This document shows, in pieces, positions 17,204 to 25,998 of a stretch of 32,000 bases of DNA; position 1 is the stretch's first letter; each line of letters starts with the position of its first letter. The position numbers were made by a program, and so were the translations under genes. The notes beneath the pieces were generated by a model. The model had not been told where the DNA came from and did no database searches. It saw only the letters and a list, made by a program, of their open reading frames with translations. This DNA is from Aeropyrum pernix K1 (GTDB lineage: Archaea; Thermoproteota; Thermoprotei_A; Sulfolobales; Acidilobaceae), in NCBI RefSeq assembly GCF_000011125.1, contig NC_000854.2, positions 1,470,001-1,502,000 on the forward strand. Direction: 5' to 3'.

Positions 17204-17512
17204 ATGAAGACCCTGGTTAGGACCCTAATGCTCCTCGGCCTCGTAGCCCTGGCTCTATCCTCATACACAGCTGCGGCGCAGGAGGGTGAAGCCTCTCTGG
17301 AGTTCGCGGCCAAGGCCATAGGAGCAGGCCTGGCAGTAGGCCTCGCGGGGATAGGCGGCGGCTATGCCGTGGGTGTTGCAGGAGCGGCAGCCACAAGCAG
17401 TATAACTGAGAAGCCGGAAATGTTCGGTAGATCCCTGCTGTTCGTAGTGCTGGGCGAGGGAATAGCTATATACGGCCTGCTAATAGCCCTGCTGCTCCTA
17501 CTCGTAGTCTAG
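17204..17512 (+). CDS. atpK: A/V-type ATP synthase subunit K (rotor proteolipid)
   Basis: [65 protein letters not shown]. Start reassigned from 17117 to ATG 17204 ([20 protein letters not shown]). Confidence 0.92.
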   Translation: MKTLVRTLMLLGLVALALSSYTAAAQEGEASLEFAAKAIGAGLAVGLAGIGGGYAVGVAGAAATSSITEKPEMFGRSLLFVVLGEGIAIYGLLIALLLLLVV

Positions 17513-17591
17513 CCCAGCCGCCGCACCACACCTCTCTATTTCTTTTAAGCTTTAACTAGCCAATGCAACCCTCCCGTTTCTTGGGGGATGA

Positions 17592-19049
17592 GTGCTGGGG
17601 CCTCCATCCCGGGAGAAGTGGTCGAGCGACTTTCCCAGATGGTTCGACTGGGTTATCGAGACTGCGGAAGTCTACGACTATGGCCGGTACCCCGTGAAGG
17701 GCATGGGCGTCTGGATGCCGTACGGCTTCCAGATAAGGCGGAGGGTGCTGGAGGTTGTAAGGGGGCTTTTGGACTCCACCGGCCATGAGGAGGTCCTCTT
17801 CCCACTCCTCATACCGGAGCATCTTCTGAGGAGGGAGAGCGAGCATATCAGAGGGTTCGAGGGGGAGGTTTACTGGGTTACACATGGAGGGAGAGAGGAG
17901 CTGGACGTCAAGCTGGCGCTGAGGCCGACTAGCGAGACCAGCATAACGTACATGGAGACGTTCTGGATAAAGAGCTACAGGCAGCTGCCCAAGAAGTATT
18001 ACCAGGTCGTGAGCATATTCAGGTATGAGACCAAGGCCACTAGGCCTATGATAAGGCTCAGGGAGGTAACAACCTTCAAGGAGGCCCACACAGTACACGA
18101 GAGCTTCGAAGACGCGGAACGCCAGGTCCTGGAGGCCATAGAGGTTTACAAGGCGATATTCGACAGGCTGCTAATACCCTACGTCATATCCAAGAGGCCG
18201 GAGTGGGACAAGTTCGCCGGCGCCCTCTACACTATAGCCTTCGACACCATCATGCCAGACGGGAGGGCTCTACAAATAGGCACCGTACACCACCTAGGCC
18301 AGAGCTTCACAAGGGCTTTCGACTTTAGGATCCAGATGCGGGACGAACGCCTGGACCACCCCTGGCAGACCAGCTACGGTGTGAGCGACAGGGTGGTCGC
18401 CAGCCTGATAGCAGTGCACGGGGACGACAGAGGCCTTGTCATACCCCCCTCAGTAGCACCCATACAGGTCGTCGTCATACCTATAACACCGGGTGACGAG
18501 GAGAAGCGCGGGAAGGTCCTAACCTATACAGCTAAGGCGGCCGAGGCGCTTGAGAAGGCTGGCCTCAGGGTGCATGTGGACGACAGGGAGTGGGAGAGGC
18601 CTGGCGCCAAGTTCTACTACTGGGAGGCAAAGGGTGTTCCCATCAGGGTGGAGATAGGCCTCAGAGAGGCGGAGCAGGACACCCTGACAATAGCTAGGAG
18701 AGACACCCTTGAGAAGACCGAGGTGCCGCTGGGTGAGGCCGGGAATAGGATAAGAGAGCTTATGGCGCAGATAGAGTCGAGCATGAGGGAGAGGGCCAAA
18801 AGCTTCTTCGGCGAGAGGCTACTCAGGACTGAGAGCCTCGAGGAGGCGAGGGATTGGGTAGAGGGCCGCAGGGGTATAGCGGAGATCCCGTGGTGCGGTA
18901 GGGAGAGCTGCGGGTTGGAGATGGAAGAGAGGGTAAACGGAAAAGTGCTTGGAACCCCCTGGCCGGAGGAGCCTGTGGAGGAGGGTAAACGCTGTCCCCT
19001 CTGCGGCCGGCCCGCCGTGGCGTGGATAAGGCTGGCCAAAACCTACTAG
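17592..19049 (+). CDS. proS: Prolyl-tRNA synthetase (archaeal/eukaryotic type)
   Basis: [85 protein letters not shown]-region equivalents, C-terminal Cys-X-C zinc ligands. Confidence 0.96.
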   Translation: MLGPPSREKWSSDFPRWFDWVIETAEVYDYGRYPVKGMGVWMPYGFQIRRRVLEVVRGLLDSTGHEEVLFPLLIPEHLLRRESEHIRGFEGEVYWVTHGGREELDVKLALRPTSETSITYMETFWIKSYRQLPKKYYQVVSIFRYETKATRPMIRLREVTTFKEAHTVHESFEDAERQVLEAIEVYKAIFDRLLIPYVISKRPEWDKFAGALYTIAFDTIMPDGRALQIGTVHHLGQSFTRAFDFRIQMRDERLDHPWQTSYGVSDRVVASLIAVHGDDRGLVIPPSVAPIQVVVIPITPGDEEKRGKVLTYTAKAAEALEKAGLRVHVDDREWERPGAKFYYWEAKGVPIRVEIGLREAEQDTLTIARRDTLEKTEVPLGEAGNRIRELMAQIESSMRERAKSFFGERLLRTESLEEARDWVEGRRGIAEIPWCGRESCGLEMEERVNGKVLGTPWPEEPVEEGKRCPLCGRPAVAWIRLAKTY

Positions 19050-19062
19050 ACGGGGGGTGTAG

Positions 19063-19072
19063 ATATAAATAA
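19063..19072 (+). promoter_or_regulatory. TATA box upstream of rps26e
   Basis: atataaataa about 43 nt upstream of the rps26e ATG. Confidence 0.55.
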
Positions 19073-19114
19073 GCTTTTCTGCAACAAACCCCTAAGCGAG
19101 GGTGGATGTAGAGG

Positions 19115-19402
19115 ATGCCAAAGAAGAGGGAGAGTAGGGGTCGAAGGAAGGGGGCGAAGGGAAAGGCAGGGACAGTCCAGTGCGACAACTGCGGCAGGGT
19201 GGTGCCGGCTGATAAGGCTATATGCGTCACAAGGATGTACAGCCCTGTTGACCCGCAGCTTGCTGAGGAGCTAGAGAAGAAGGGCGCCATAATAATGAGG
19301 TATCCTGTTACAAAGTGCTACTGCGTTAGCTGCGCCGTACACTACGGAATAGTGAAGATAAGGCCTGAAGAGCAGAGGAAGCCCAAGGGCTTCCAGCTGT
19401 GA
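19115..19402 (+). CDS. rps26e: 30S ribosomal protein S26e
   Basis: VQCDNCGRVVPADKAICVTR...TKCYCVSCAVHYGIVKIR: zinc-binding C-X2-C ... C-X-C-X2-C pattern of S26e. Confidence 0.93.
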   Translation: MPKKRESRGRRKGAKGKAGTVQCDNCGRVVPADKAICVTRMYSPVDPQLAEELEKKGAIIMRYPVTKCYCVSCAVHYGIVKIRPEEQRKPKGFQL

Positions 19403-19507
19403 ACCCACACGCCCACTTGGGGCGCGCCGTAAAACCCGGTTTTAAATAGTGGTCCCCTGGCAGTCGGACACACGGGTCCACAGCCCGTTTTCAAGGGTTC
19501 GAGTGGT

Positions 19508-19990
19508 ATGGAGCTGGTAGATGCTCTCTGGCATCTCAACGTTATATCGTCGCGCATCCAGAGATCAGGCTCCGACTTCATACTCTCCGGGCCCATGAAC
19601 CTGTGGTTACAGGGTTTCAAGGTTAGGCCGAAGCCCTACTTTGTCGTCGTGACGAGTAGGGAGTACAGCGGGAGGATTGTCGAGGTCCTCAGCATAGGAG
19701 CAAGGAGGAGGGGCTGGGAGGAGTGGTGGAACGGTGTTAAAAGGGGTCTCGAGGCCAGGCTCAACCTTAGGGGGGCCGAGATAGCGGTGGTTGCTGACCC
19801 GGAGATGGCTGTGGGAGAGGCTATAGTAGGGTATAGGGCCTCCGATCTGGCGAGGGAGTCGAGCATGCTTATAGTCGGCGGGATGGTCGTGAGGCTCGCG
19901 CCCCTCCACTTCGAGGCTAGCCTCTACGAGGCTCTGGGTGGTAAGGCGCCTTGGCGGGTAGAAGGGCTTGGAGGAATAGCGAGGAGATAG
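19508..19990 (+). CDS. Uncharacterized protein with a weak nucleotidyltransferase-like N-terminal pattern
   Basis: DFILSGPMNLWLQGFKVRPKPYFVVVTSREYSG resembles the hG-S/G-x-h-x-h-x-x-x-G opening of MNT-like folds, but the catalytic Asp pair is not evident. Confidence 0.45.
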   Translation: MELVDALWHLNVISSRIQRSGSDFILSGPMNLWLQGFKVRPKPYFVVVTSREYSGRIVEVLSIGARRRGWEEWWNGVKRGLEARLNLRGAEIAVVADPEMAVGEAIVGYRASDLARESSMLIVGGMVVRLAPLHFEASLYEALGGKAPWRVEGLGGIARR

Positions 19991-20592
19991 CTGCACGTAT
20001 ACTAGAGAAGTCGGGCTTTAGGGTTCTAGACTTCCACGTGCCCATAGAAGACGGGGGAGTGGAGGTAGGGGAGATAGACATTGTTGCGGAGAAGGGGGGT
20101 TCTAGATACTCAGTCGAGGTAAAAGCCGGGATGGCTGATATCAACGCCGTTAGACAGGCGTACGTAAACAGCCTGATTTCCGGGATGAAGCCCATGATAG
20201 TTGCCAGGGGGGCCGACGAGGCGGCTAGAAAACTCGCCGAGAAGCTGGGCGTGGAGCTCATCGTCCTACCCGACGTCGTTGTATCGTCCACAGACGACTT
20301 GAAGGAGATAGTAGAGGAGGCCGTGGACCAAGCCATACTCTCCCTACTAGAACCCCTCTCACACTGCGAAAACCTGGAGCCCGAGGACCTCGAGGTTCTC
20401 GAGGCCATAGCGAAAGCCAAGAGCTTTAGGGAAGCGGCTAGTAAACTGGGAACAGCGGTGGAGGAGCTGGCGGCTAGGGTTGACAGGCTCAAGAGGGCTG
20501 GCGTCCTCCCCCGGTCTTCATACAAGAGGATGAGGGCTGCGGCAATCATAGTTCTGGCGGGCTGCAGACTACTAGCCGGGAATAGGGGCTAG
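19951..20592 (+). CDS. RecB-family PD-(D/E)XK nuclease with C-terminal helical/HTH-like region (COG4998-like)
   Basis: Core motifs: E in RNSEEIAARILEKSGFRV, GEIDIVA, YSVEVKAG, then VRQAYVNSLISGMKPMIVA; C-terminal SFREAASKLGTAVEELAARVDRLKRAG resembles an HTH. Confidence 0.75.
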   Translation: MAGRRAWRNSEEIAARILEKSGFRVLDFHVPIEDGGVEVGEIDIVAEKGGSRYSVEVKAGMADINAVRQAYVNSLISGMKPMIVARGADEAARKLAEKLGVELIVLPDVVVSSTDDLKEIVEEAVDQAILSLLEPLSHCENLEPEDLEVLEAIAKAKSFREAASKLGTAVEELAARVDRLKRAGVLPRSSYKRMRAAAIIVLAGCRLLAGNRG

Positions 20593-20740
20593 CATGTGGG
20601 GTGGGTAAGAGCCTGTACCCCGCCCCTGACACCCGCTCTCACGCACACGCCATCCAGCGGCGGCCTCGAGCGGGCTCTCTACAGCGGGGCCGTTAAAAGT
20701 GTATGGCCAGCCGCGGGTGATATAACATACACCGGCTGTC

Positions 20741-20950
20741 CTATGCAACTCCTCTCCTTCTCGCCTCCCGTCTGAGATGCTCTAGAACCCAGTACGGGTC
20801 CCCATCATACATTTCTTCAAGCCTGTCTATAGCGTCCATCCACCTTCTGCCGTAGAGCTTTTTCGCTAGGGCAATAGTCTCCTCCAGAACCTTCTTCGCC
20901 TCGTCGATCCCTTCCAAGACTCGTAACCCCATACCTATCCTGGCAGCCAC
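20741..20950 (-). CDS. Small helical conserved-type protein of unknown function
   Basis: 69 aa, charge-patterned helices GIDEAKKVLEETIALAKKLYGRRWMDAIDRLEEMY. Confidence 0.45.
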   Translation of the reverse strand: MAARIGMGLRVLEGIDEAKKVLEETIALAKKLYGRRWMDAIDRLEEMYDGDPYWVLEHLRREARRRGVA

Positions 20951-20977
20951 TATGGCTTTTTACCTCCCGGAGGCTTT

Positions 20978-21697
20978 TTACTCTCCCCTTTCACCCGTGA
21001 GGCCTTCCAGCCTAACTAGAATTGTCTTTCTAGACCTCCTCCTCCCGAGGCTACTGGTCCCCACGTGCTCGTGCTCCACCCTCGACACCCTAACACGGGC
21101 TGTTGAGGCTAGCCTTGAGACGAACCTCGCTGCTGCCCCCCGGTGGTGGAAGTAGACGTCTACACCACCCCTAACAGGTACGACGTCTATCGGGGCCTCC
21201 CTGGGATCCAAGGAATTTAGTGTCTTCTCCACCGCCTCCCCAGCCCTATACCCCCTGACCTGTACCAGCGTGTCGTATTCGCCGCTCCGCCTAACAATGC
21301 AGAGAGGGCAGGTCGAGGGGTTGAGCCTGAGAACGATCACCCTGGAAACCCTGAAGAGCGTGTCACGGTAGTTCGCCCTGAAGCGGAGCCTCACCCTAGT
21401 CCTCCAGTCCAGCCTTGTCTCGAGAGCCCAGTCCTCCAGCTCTACCCTTTCAACTGGGTGAACAGGCTTGAGTGACATGCTAGAAAGCATCAGGCCCACC
21501 GCCTCCTCGGCTGTAGCGTACTCCAGCCACTTATGACCAATCCTAACCCTTCCGCATGATGTACACACGTCTACAACAAGCTCCCAGGGCAGACCCTCCA
21601 CTACCCCGTACCTCCTGTCGAAACACTCGGGGCAGAGGCCACGGAGCAGCACCTCGCTGCCTCTACCGCAGCTTGCACAGGTCCTCACGCGGCCCAA
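20978..21697 (-). CDS. nmd3: NMD3 family protein (archaeal)
   Basis: RTCASCGRGSEVLLRGLCPECF ... VDVCTSCGRVRIGHKWLEY, double zinc-finger NMD3 N-terminus. The ORF-track N-terminal extension to 22093 is implausible; TTG at ~21697 is preceded by GAGGGTG. Confidence 0.85.
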   Translation of the reverse strand: MGRVRTCASCGRGSEVLLRGLCPECFDRRYGVVEGLPWELVVDVCTSCGRVRIGHKWLEYATAEEAVGLMLSSMSLKPVHPVERVELEDWALETRLDWRTRVRLRFRANYRDTLFRVSRVIVLRLNPSTCPLCIVRRSGEYDTLVQVRGYRAGEAVEKTLNSLDPREAPIDVVPVRGGVDVYFHHRGAAARFVSRLASTARVRVSRVEHEHVGTSSLGRRRSRKTILVRLEGLTGERGE

Positions 21698-21793
21698 GGC
21701 CAACACCCTCTGGCACTGGAGGGCAGTCCGGGGGGTTCTGGCGGCATGTTCACGCTCTTTAGGCCCGGAACGCGACGTTAGCCTTCGAGTGGG

Positions 21794-22291
21794 TTGTCCT
21801 TGCCGGGTGTTAGGGGCCGGAGCCCAGTTATAGATTTTCTCGTGTCTATGGGATATGTCTTGCTCGCATGCAGATCGGCGGCGGTTTGCACCCTCTACAA
21901 CCCGCGGGGCCGGGGTGGCAGGCTCGCGGTTCCGATGGACTGGCCGGGCGAGGTTAAACCCGTGTCCGGTGCTGGCATTGCTGGTGGTGGCGAGGTCCTC
22001 AGCCCCAACAACCTTAGCCCGGGAGGGGAAGGTGTTAGGGGATCGTGGGTTGTCGTGTCGGAGCCGGGTGTGAGGGGGTTGGTTGAGGCTCATGTGAAAG
22101 GCGTTGTAGAGGCTTCTTCGCCGAGGCTCATCTACGCTGTCAAGGTGTACACAATCCCGTCTCTAGAGGCAGCCAGGATTCTAAGGGAGACGGGTGCTCC
22201 CCTGAGCCTCCCCTGCGGCCGTCTATGGAGGAGGCTCCCACAGACCCTACCTTGCGGCGGCGACCCTGCTGCCGCAAGCCTGTCGAGCTAG
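21794..22291 (+). CDS. Uncharacterized protein
   Basis: 165 aa ORF divergent from NMD3; compositionally plausible (VIDFLVSMGYVLLACRS...RLIYAVKVYTIPSLEAARIL); no family recognised. Confidence 0.45.
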   Translation: MSLPGVRGRSPVIDFLVSMGYVLLACRSAAVCTLYNPRGRGGRLAVPMDWPGEVKPVSGAGIAGGGEVLSPNNLSPGGEGVRGSWVVVSEPGVRGLVEAHVKGVVEASSPRLIYAVKVYTIPSLEAARILRETGAPLSLPCGRLWRRLPQTLPCGGDPAAASLSS

Positions 22292-23703
22292 GGGTACCTC
22301 GACTGGAGCAGGCCCGAGGCCCTCTCAGCCTGCCTCGCCGCTTCTTCGCACAGCCTATCGGTAAGCAGTCCCGACCTGCATGCCTTCTCAAGCTCACCCT
22401 GGTCTATCGTCTCAGGCTCCTCCCCCGGCCTCTTCACAACATCCACCAGCAGATCGAGGTATTTCAACCCCTGGAAGCCCACCTCCGGGGGGGTGTTTAT
22501 GTTTGCATACACGCCTAGCAGCCTGCCACTCTTGTCGTAGTACTCGTGGATGGTGAGCCAGTCTCCCATGTAAACATGTGTCACACCCCTGTCTCCGGGA
22601 CGCCTCTCTAGCCCAAGCCCGTCGTAGACGCCTGGGCTTCTGAACGTCCTCTCCAGGACAATCTCTCCCCCACGCCCAGAGGAGGGTCGGTATGAAGACA
22701 CCCTGAATGGCCCCAGCCTGATGGTCTCGCCGTCCGGCCTCCTATGGAGCACAACGGCCGTCCGGCCCACAAGCCTGGATGATATGAACCTCACTATAAG
22801 GTCGCCAGCCTCACCACCCCAAAGCCCCTCCCTAACACCCTCCTCGGCGAAATCTGTCAGTAGACCCTCGGCCTCGCTGCTCCAGCTCTTGAGGCTATGA
22901 TGATTGTTGACGGTGGGGTACAAGCTGGTCCGCAGACCGTCCATCACATGCTTGGCGGTACTGGGAAGGTAGACTAGGGAAAGGTATTCCCCCCGGGACA
23001 ATACGGCGGGCTCCCCGCCCGGGCCTTCCCTCCACAGCCTCTCGGCCTCCCTGGCCAGCCTCCTTATCTCGTCGGATATATCACCCTCGCTAGCCAGCCT
23101 CGCCCCGCTCCTAATGTGCACGGAGAACTGGTTAAGGTCTATCCCGCTCGCCTCAACAGCCTTCAGAGCCTTCGCAGCATCCTCGCTAGTGAGGTGCCTG
23201 CTAATCCTGACCCCGGAGCCGGGGTGCATAACCCTCACAGTAAGACCAGTCAGCTCAACTCCCACCCGCCCCTCAACAACATCGCTCCCCGGAGGACTCC
23301 TAACCACTGTAACCCTAACCATGCTGCCTGGCTGAGGGCACTCACCCCCCTTCACTATTATCAAAACCCCGCCCGGCCCCTCAGCCCTGCATCCCTCCGC
23401 AGCACGCGCGTCTACAACGCTCCTAAGGCCGAGTAGACTCCTCCTCACAGCGGCGTGGCCAACCTCCTCCAGCAGATCGGCCTCAAACCTCTCCCCGGCC
23501 TCGTAGGGGAACGCGTGTATGACTATCTCATCCCTACTCTCCTCGCCGTGTTTAACCGTTATGTTGGGTGGCCTAGTGGAGACGGGCACTTCAACCCGGC
23601 TAAGCATGGTCTTGCTGAGGTCAGACAACAGATAGCCCTTCTTCAGGGCGAGGGCTACTAACGCAGTGGCATATATCCCCCTAACCCTCACGGCGTAAAG
23701 CAA
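22288..23703 (-). CDS. fau-1: Probable ribonuclease/RNA-binding protein FAU-1 (AU-1; RNase E/G-like N-terminus plus DUF402-like C-terminus)
   Basis: VRVRGIYATALVALALKKGYLLSDLS, GLRSVVDARAAEGCR; C-terminal VYMGDWLTIHEYYDKSGRLLGVYANINTPPEVGFQGLKYLDLLVDVVKRPG. Confidence 0.85.
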   Translation of the reverse strand: MLYAVRVRGIYATALVALALKKGYLLSDLSKTMLSRVEVPVSTRPPNITVKHGEESRDEIVIHAFPYEAGERFEADLLEEVGHAAVRRSLLGLRSVVDARAAEGCRAEGPGGVLIIVKGGECPQPGSMVRVTVVRSPPGSDVVEGRVGVELTGLTVRVMHPGSGVRISRHLTSEDAAKALKAVEASGIDLNQFSVHIRSGARLASEGDISDEIRRLAREAERLWREGPGGEPAVLSRGEYLSLVYLPSTAKHVMDGLRTSLYPTVNNHHSLKSWSSEAEGLLTDFAEEGVREGLWGGEAGDLIVRFISSRLVGRTAVVLHRRPDGETIRLGPFRVSSYRPSSGRGGEIVLERTFRSPGVYDGLGLERRPGDRGVTHVYMGDWLTIHEYYDKSGRLLGVYANINTPPEVGFQGLKYLDLLVDVVKRPGEEPETIDQGELEKACRSGLLTDRLCEEAARQAERASGLLQSRYP

Positions 23704-23769
23704 CCGGACGCAGACACCCCCACAGGCTGTAGGAGGGGTGTGAGGACCCGGGCCTGCAGGGCTTCCCGG

Positions 23770-24045
23770 CTAGTCTCTGACCGTCTCTAGTATGGTTATG
23801 ACCTGCCATATCCTCGTTCTAGCGTAGAACGGCATGTTAGGGTCCTGACTGACCTCCTCCAGCGCGCTTATAGCGTTCGCCGCCCTCACGGCCGGGGATA
23901 AGCGGGGGTCTCTCAGGTGGGTTAGGGCGTTGGCGGCGGCCCTCCTTATGTTACGCGGCACCCCCGTATCGTTTATAATCGTCACGAGTATGCTCATGGC
24001 GAGCTTTATCTTGCCCTCGTTGTCGGCCGGCAGGTTCATAGCCAC
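23770..24045 (-). CDS. UPF0147 family protein
   Basis: [62 protein letters not shown]. Confidence 0.9.
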   Translation of the reverse strand: MAMNLPADNEGKIKLAMSILVTIINDTGVPRNIRRAAANALTHLRDPRLSPAVRAANAISALEEVSQDPNMPFYARTRIWQVITILETVRD

Positions 24046-24262
24046 TATCTTCCACCTGAGATTATATTGTAGGTTCAGCTTGAAGGCTTAATATGGTGTA
24101 CCACCCGAGTATACTCTCCATTCCCACCTGCAAGCCCCCGATTCTAGGGTCTCAACCTTTATAATCCCCAGGGAGCCTAGTAGAGGTTCAAGGAGAGCGC
24201 GGAGGATATAGGGCTCTGTCATTGTGGAGTGCCATGTGTGTGCGAGGGTGCGTGGTTAAACC

Positions 24263-25213
24263 ATGGTCGAGCCTTCTAAAGTTGTGGGGCTTATCTCGGA
24301 CTTCGGAGACAGCCCGTACACGGGTATTATGAGGGCAGTCATAAAGAGTATATCGAGGGAGCTGCAGATAATTGATATAGACCATTCTATCCCCAGCTTT
24401 AGCCCCCTCGCCGGGGCTTATGTTGTAGCCCACACGTACCAGTGGCTACCCAAGGGCTCCGTCATAGTGGCGGTTGTCGACCCTGGCGTGGGCACCTCGA
24501 GGTATGCCTTGGCCGTTGAAACCGAGAACTATGTTTTCATCGGGCCCGACAACGGCGTCCTCTACCCCGCGGCGGCGAGCGACGGTATAAAACGCGTCTA
24601 CGCCCTTAGGGAGAAGGATGTAAACAGCCTGGCAAGGATGAAAACCTCGTCCACTGCTGGGACGGTAAAGCCGTGGAGCATAAGCAGGACCTTCCACGGG
24701 AGGGACGTGTTCGCCCCTGCAGGAGCTCTTATAGCCGCGGGGCACGCCTCGCTGGAGGAGCTGGGCGACGAGATCGAGCCCGAGCGGATGAAGAGGGCAA
24801 GTATAGATCATGTTGAGAAGCTGGGGCCCTCGACATTCAGGGCGACAGTGGTGTATATAGACAAGTTTGGAAACGTTGCTCTGAGCATAAGGCCCAAGAA
24901 GCTGGGAATCAACCTTAGCCTCTACAAGTCGGTGGTGCTGGGAACTCACACGACGAGCAACACGATCAGGATGGGGAAGACTTTCGGCGATGCGAACCCC
25001 GGAGAGCTGGTGGCCTATGAGAACAGCTTCGGCCACCTTGAGATTGCGGTAAACAGGGGTAACGCCGCTAAGAAGCTGGGGCTAGAGCTCGAGGCTAGGG
25101 TTGAGATTGAGCTGCTGGAGAACTCCGGCCCAGCCCCCAACGGCTCCCGGGGAGTGCGGAACGCAGATCTCCTCGGGGTGTCGTCAAGGAGCCTCGGCGA
25201 AACAATCTGGTGA
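24263..25213 (+). CDS. SAM hydroxide adenosyltransferase (DUF62 family)
   Basis: LISDFGDSPYTGIMRAVI, GAYVVAHTYQWLPKGSVIVAVVDPGVGTSR, FIGPDNGVLYPA, FHGRDVFAPAGA, IDKFGNV. Confidence 0.92.
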   Translation: MVEPSKVVGLISDFGDSPYTGIMRAVIKSISRELQIIDIDHSIPSFSPLAGAYVVAHTYQWLPKGSVIVAVVDPGVGTSRYALAVETENYVFIGPDNGVLYPAAASDGIKRVYALREKDVNSLARMKTSSTAGTVKPWSISRTFHGRDVFAPAGALIAAGHASLEELGDEIEPERMKRASIDHVEKLGPSTFRATVVYIDKFGNVALSIRPKKLGINLSLYKSVVLGTHTTSNTIRMGKTFGDANPGELVAYENSFGHLEIAVNRGNAAKKLGLELEARVEIELLENSGPAPNGSRGVRNADLLGVSSRSLGETIW

Positions 25214-25227
25214 ATTTAGCTGATAAG

Positions 25228-25289
25228 GCTATCTGGCATGAAGCCGAGGCTGTGTAGCCTCTTTTCCGGAGTCGGCTTTCATTGATAGC
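25228..25289. ncRNA. Nested stem structure between convergent genes (ncRNA or bidirectional terminator candidate)
   Basis: GCTATC (25228)/GATAGC (25284), AAGCCGA (25241)/TCGGCTT (25272), GAGGCT (25246)-gtgt-AGCCTC (25256). Confidence 0.35.
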
Positions 25290-25303
25290 TGTGCTAGCAT
25301 CCC

Positions 25304-25783
25304 CTATTCGAGAATTTCGACGTGGAGGCCGGAGAGTATATGCTCTATCCTCTTGTAAGACGTGCAGTCCAGCACGACGTCTTTACCGTCCACTATGAGC
25401 TTAACTCCCTCGAGGCCTGTAACAGGAGGGTCGGGTAGAGAAGGAGGCTTCTCCCGCCCCACGTAGATTAGCCTGCGCCTACTACCCTGACCCTCTATCC
25501 TCCACCAGTACCTTCCATAATACTCGTAGACCTTCGATCTACCGCCCGTGGTCCTATAGTAGACTTTGTGGACGGGCTTTAGATAATATCCCGTAGGCCT
25601 TATCATAGAGTTGTAGCTGTAAAGGGCTGGCTTGAGGCTGTCGAGATAGTCCCTGATCCTCGAATAGCCGCCGTATACTATGACCATGCAATCACCGCTG
25701 GGGGGCTCAGTCGGCTCTTCCTTATCACAGCCCCGGGTATCCGGGCTCTTCTCGTCGCAGGCATCCTTCACAGCCCCCACCAC
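25304..25783 (-). CDS. Uncharacterized small basic protein
   Basis: Coherent aromatic/basic core KVYYRTTGGRSKVYEYYGRYWWRIEGQGSRRRLIYVGREKP; no family recognised with confidence. Confidence 0.5.
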   Translation of the reverse strand: MVGAVKDACDEKSPDTRGCDKEEPTEPPSGDCMVIVYGGYSRIRDYLDSLKPALYSYNSMIRPTGYYLKPVHKVYYRTTGGRSKVYEYYGRYWWRIEGQGSRRRLIYVGREKPPSLPDPPVTGLEGVKLIVDGKDVVLDCTSYKRIEHILSGLHVEILE

Positions 25784-25911
25784 TCGGATATGAATAAGCG
25801 CCCCCTAATACTCCTTAGCCCCATTCCACAGTAAAATAGAGGGGGCACCACGTGGCTCTCCCCCAGCTTAAAGCCTAATTCATCCTGTTCTCAAAGACAC
25901 TGCTATATAGG

Positions 25912-25998
25912 GGGCCCCTGTGAGGCGTATGGCGGAGTCATGACGCCTCCCGGCGGGAGGCGTTGATGTGCAGGCCGGCTCCCCTAGCCGAGGGGCCC
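25912..25998. ncRNA. Structured intergenic segment abutting the lplA-like stop codon
   Basis: Outer stem GGGCCCCT (25912-25919)/AGGGGCCC (25991-25998); internal hairpin ACGCCTCCC-ggc-GGGAGGCGT (25945-25965); second hairpin CGGCT-cccct-AGCCG. Confidence 0.35.

Noticed and set aside
20978-22093. 371 aa reading of the NMD3 gene as a fusion with a novel N-terminal domain
   Set aside because: The extension is low-complexity Arg/Pro/Thr-rich, has no RBS support, and runs antisense through the plausible plus-strand ORF 21794..22291.
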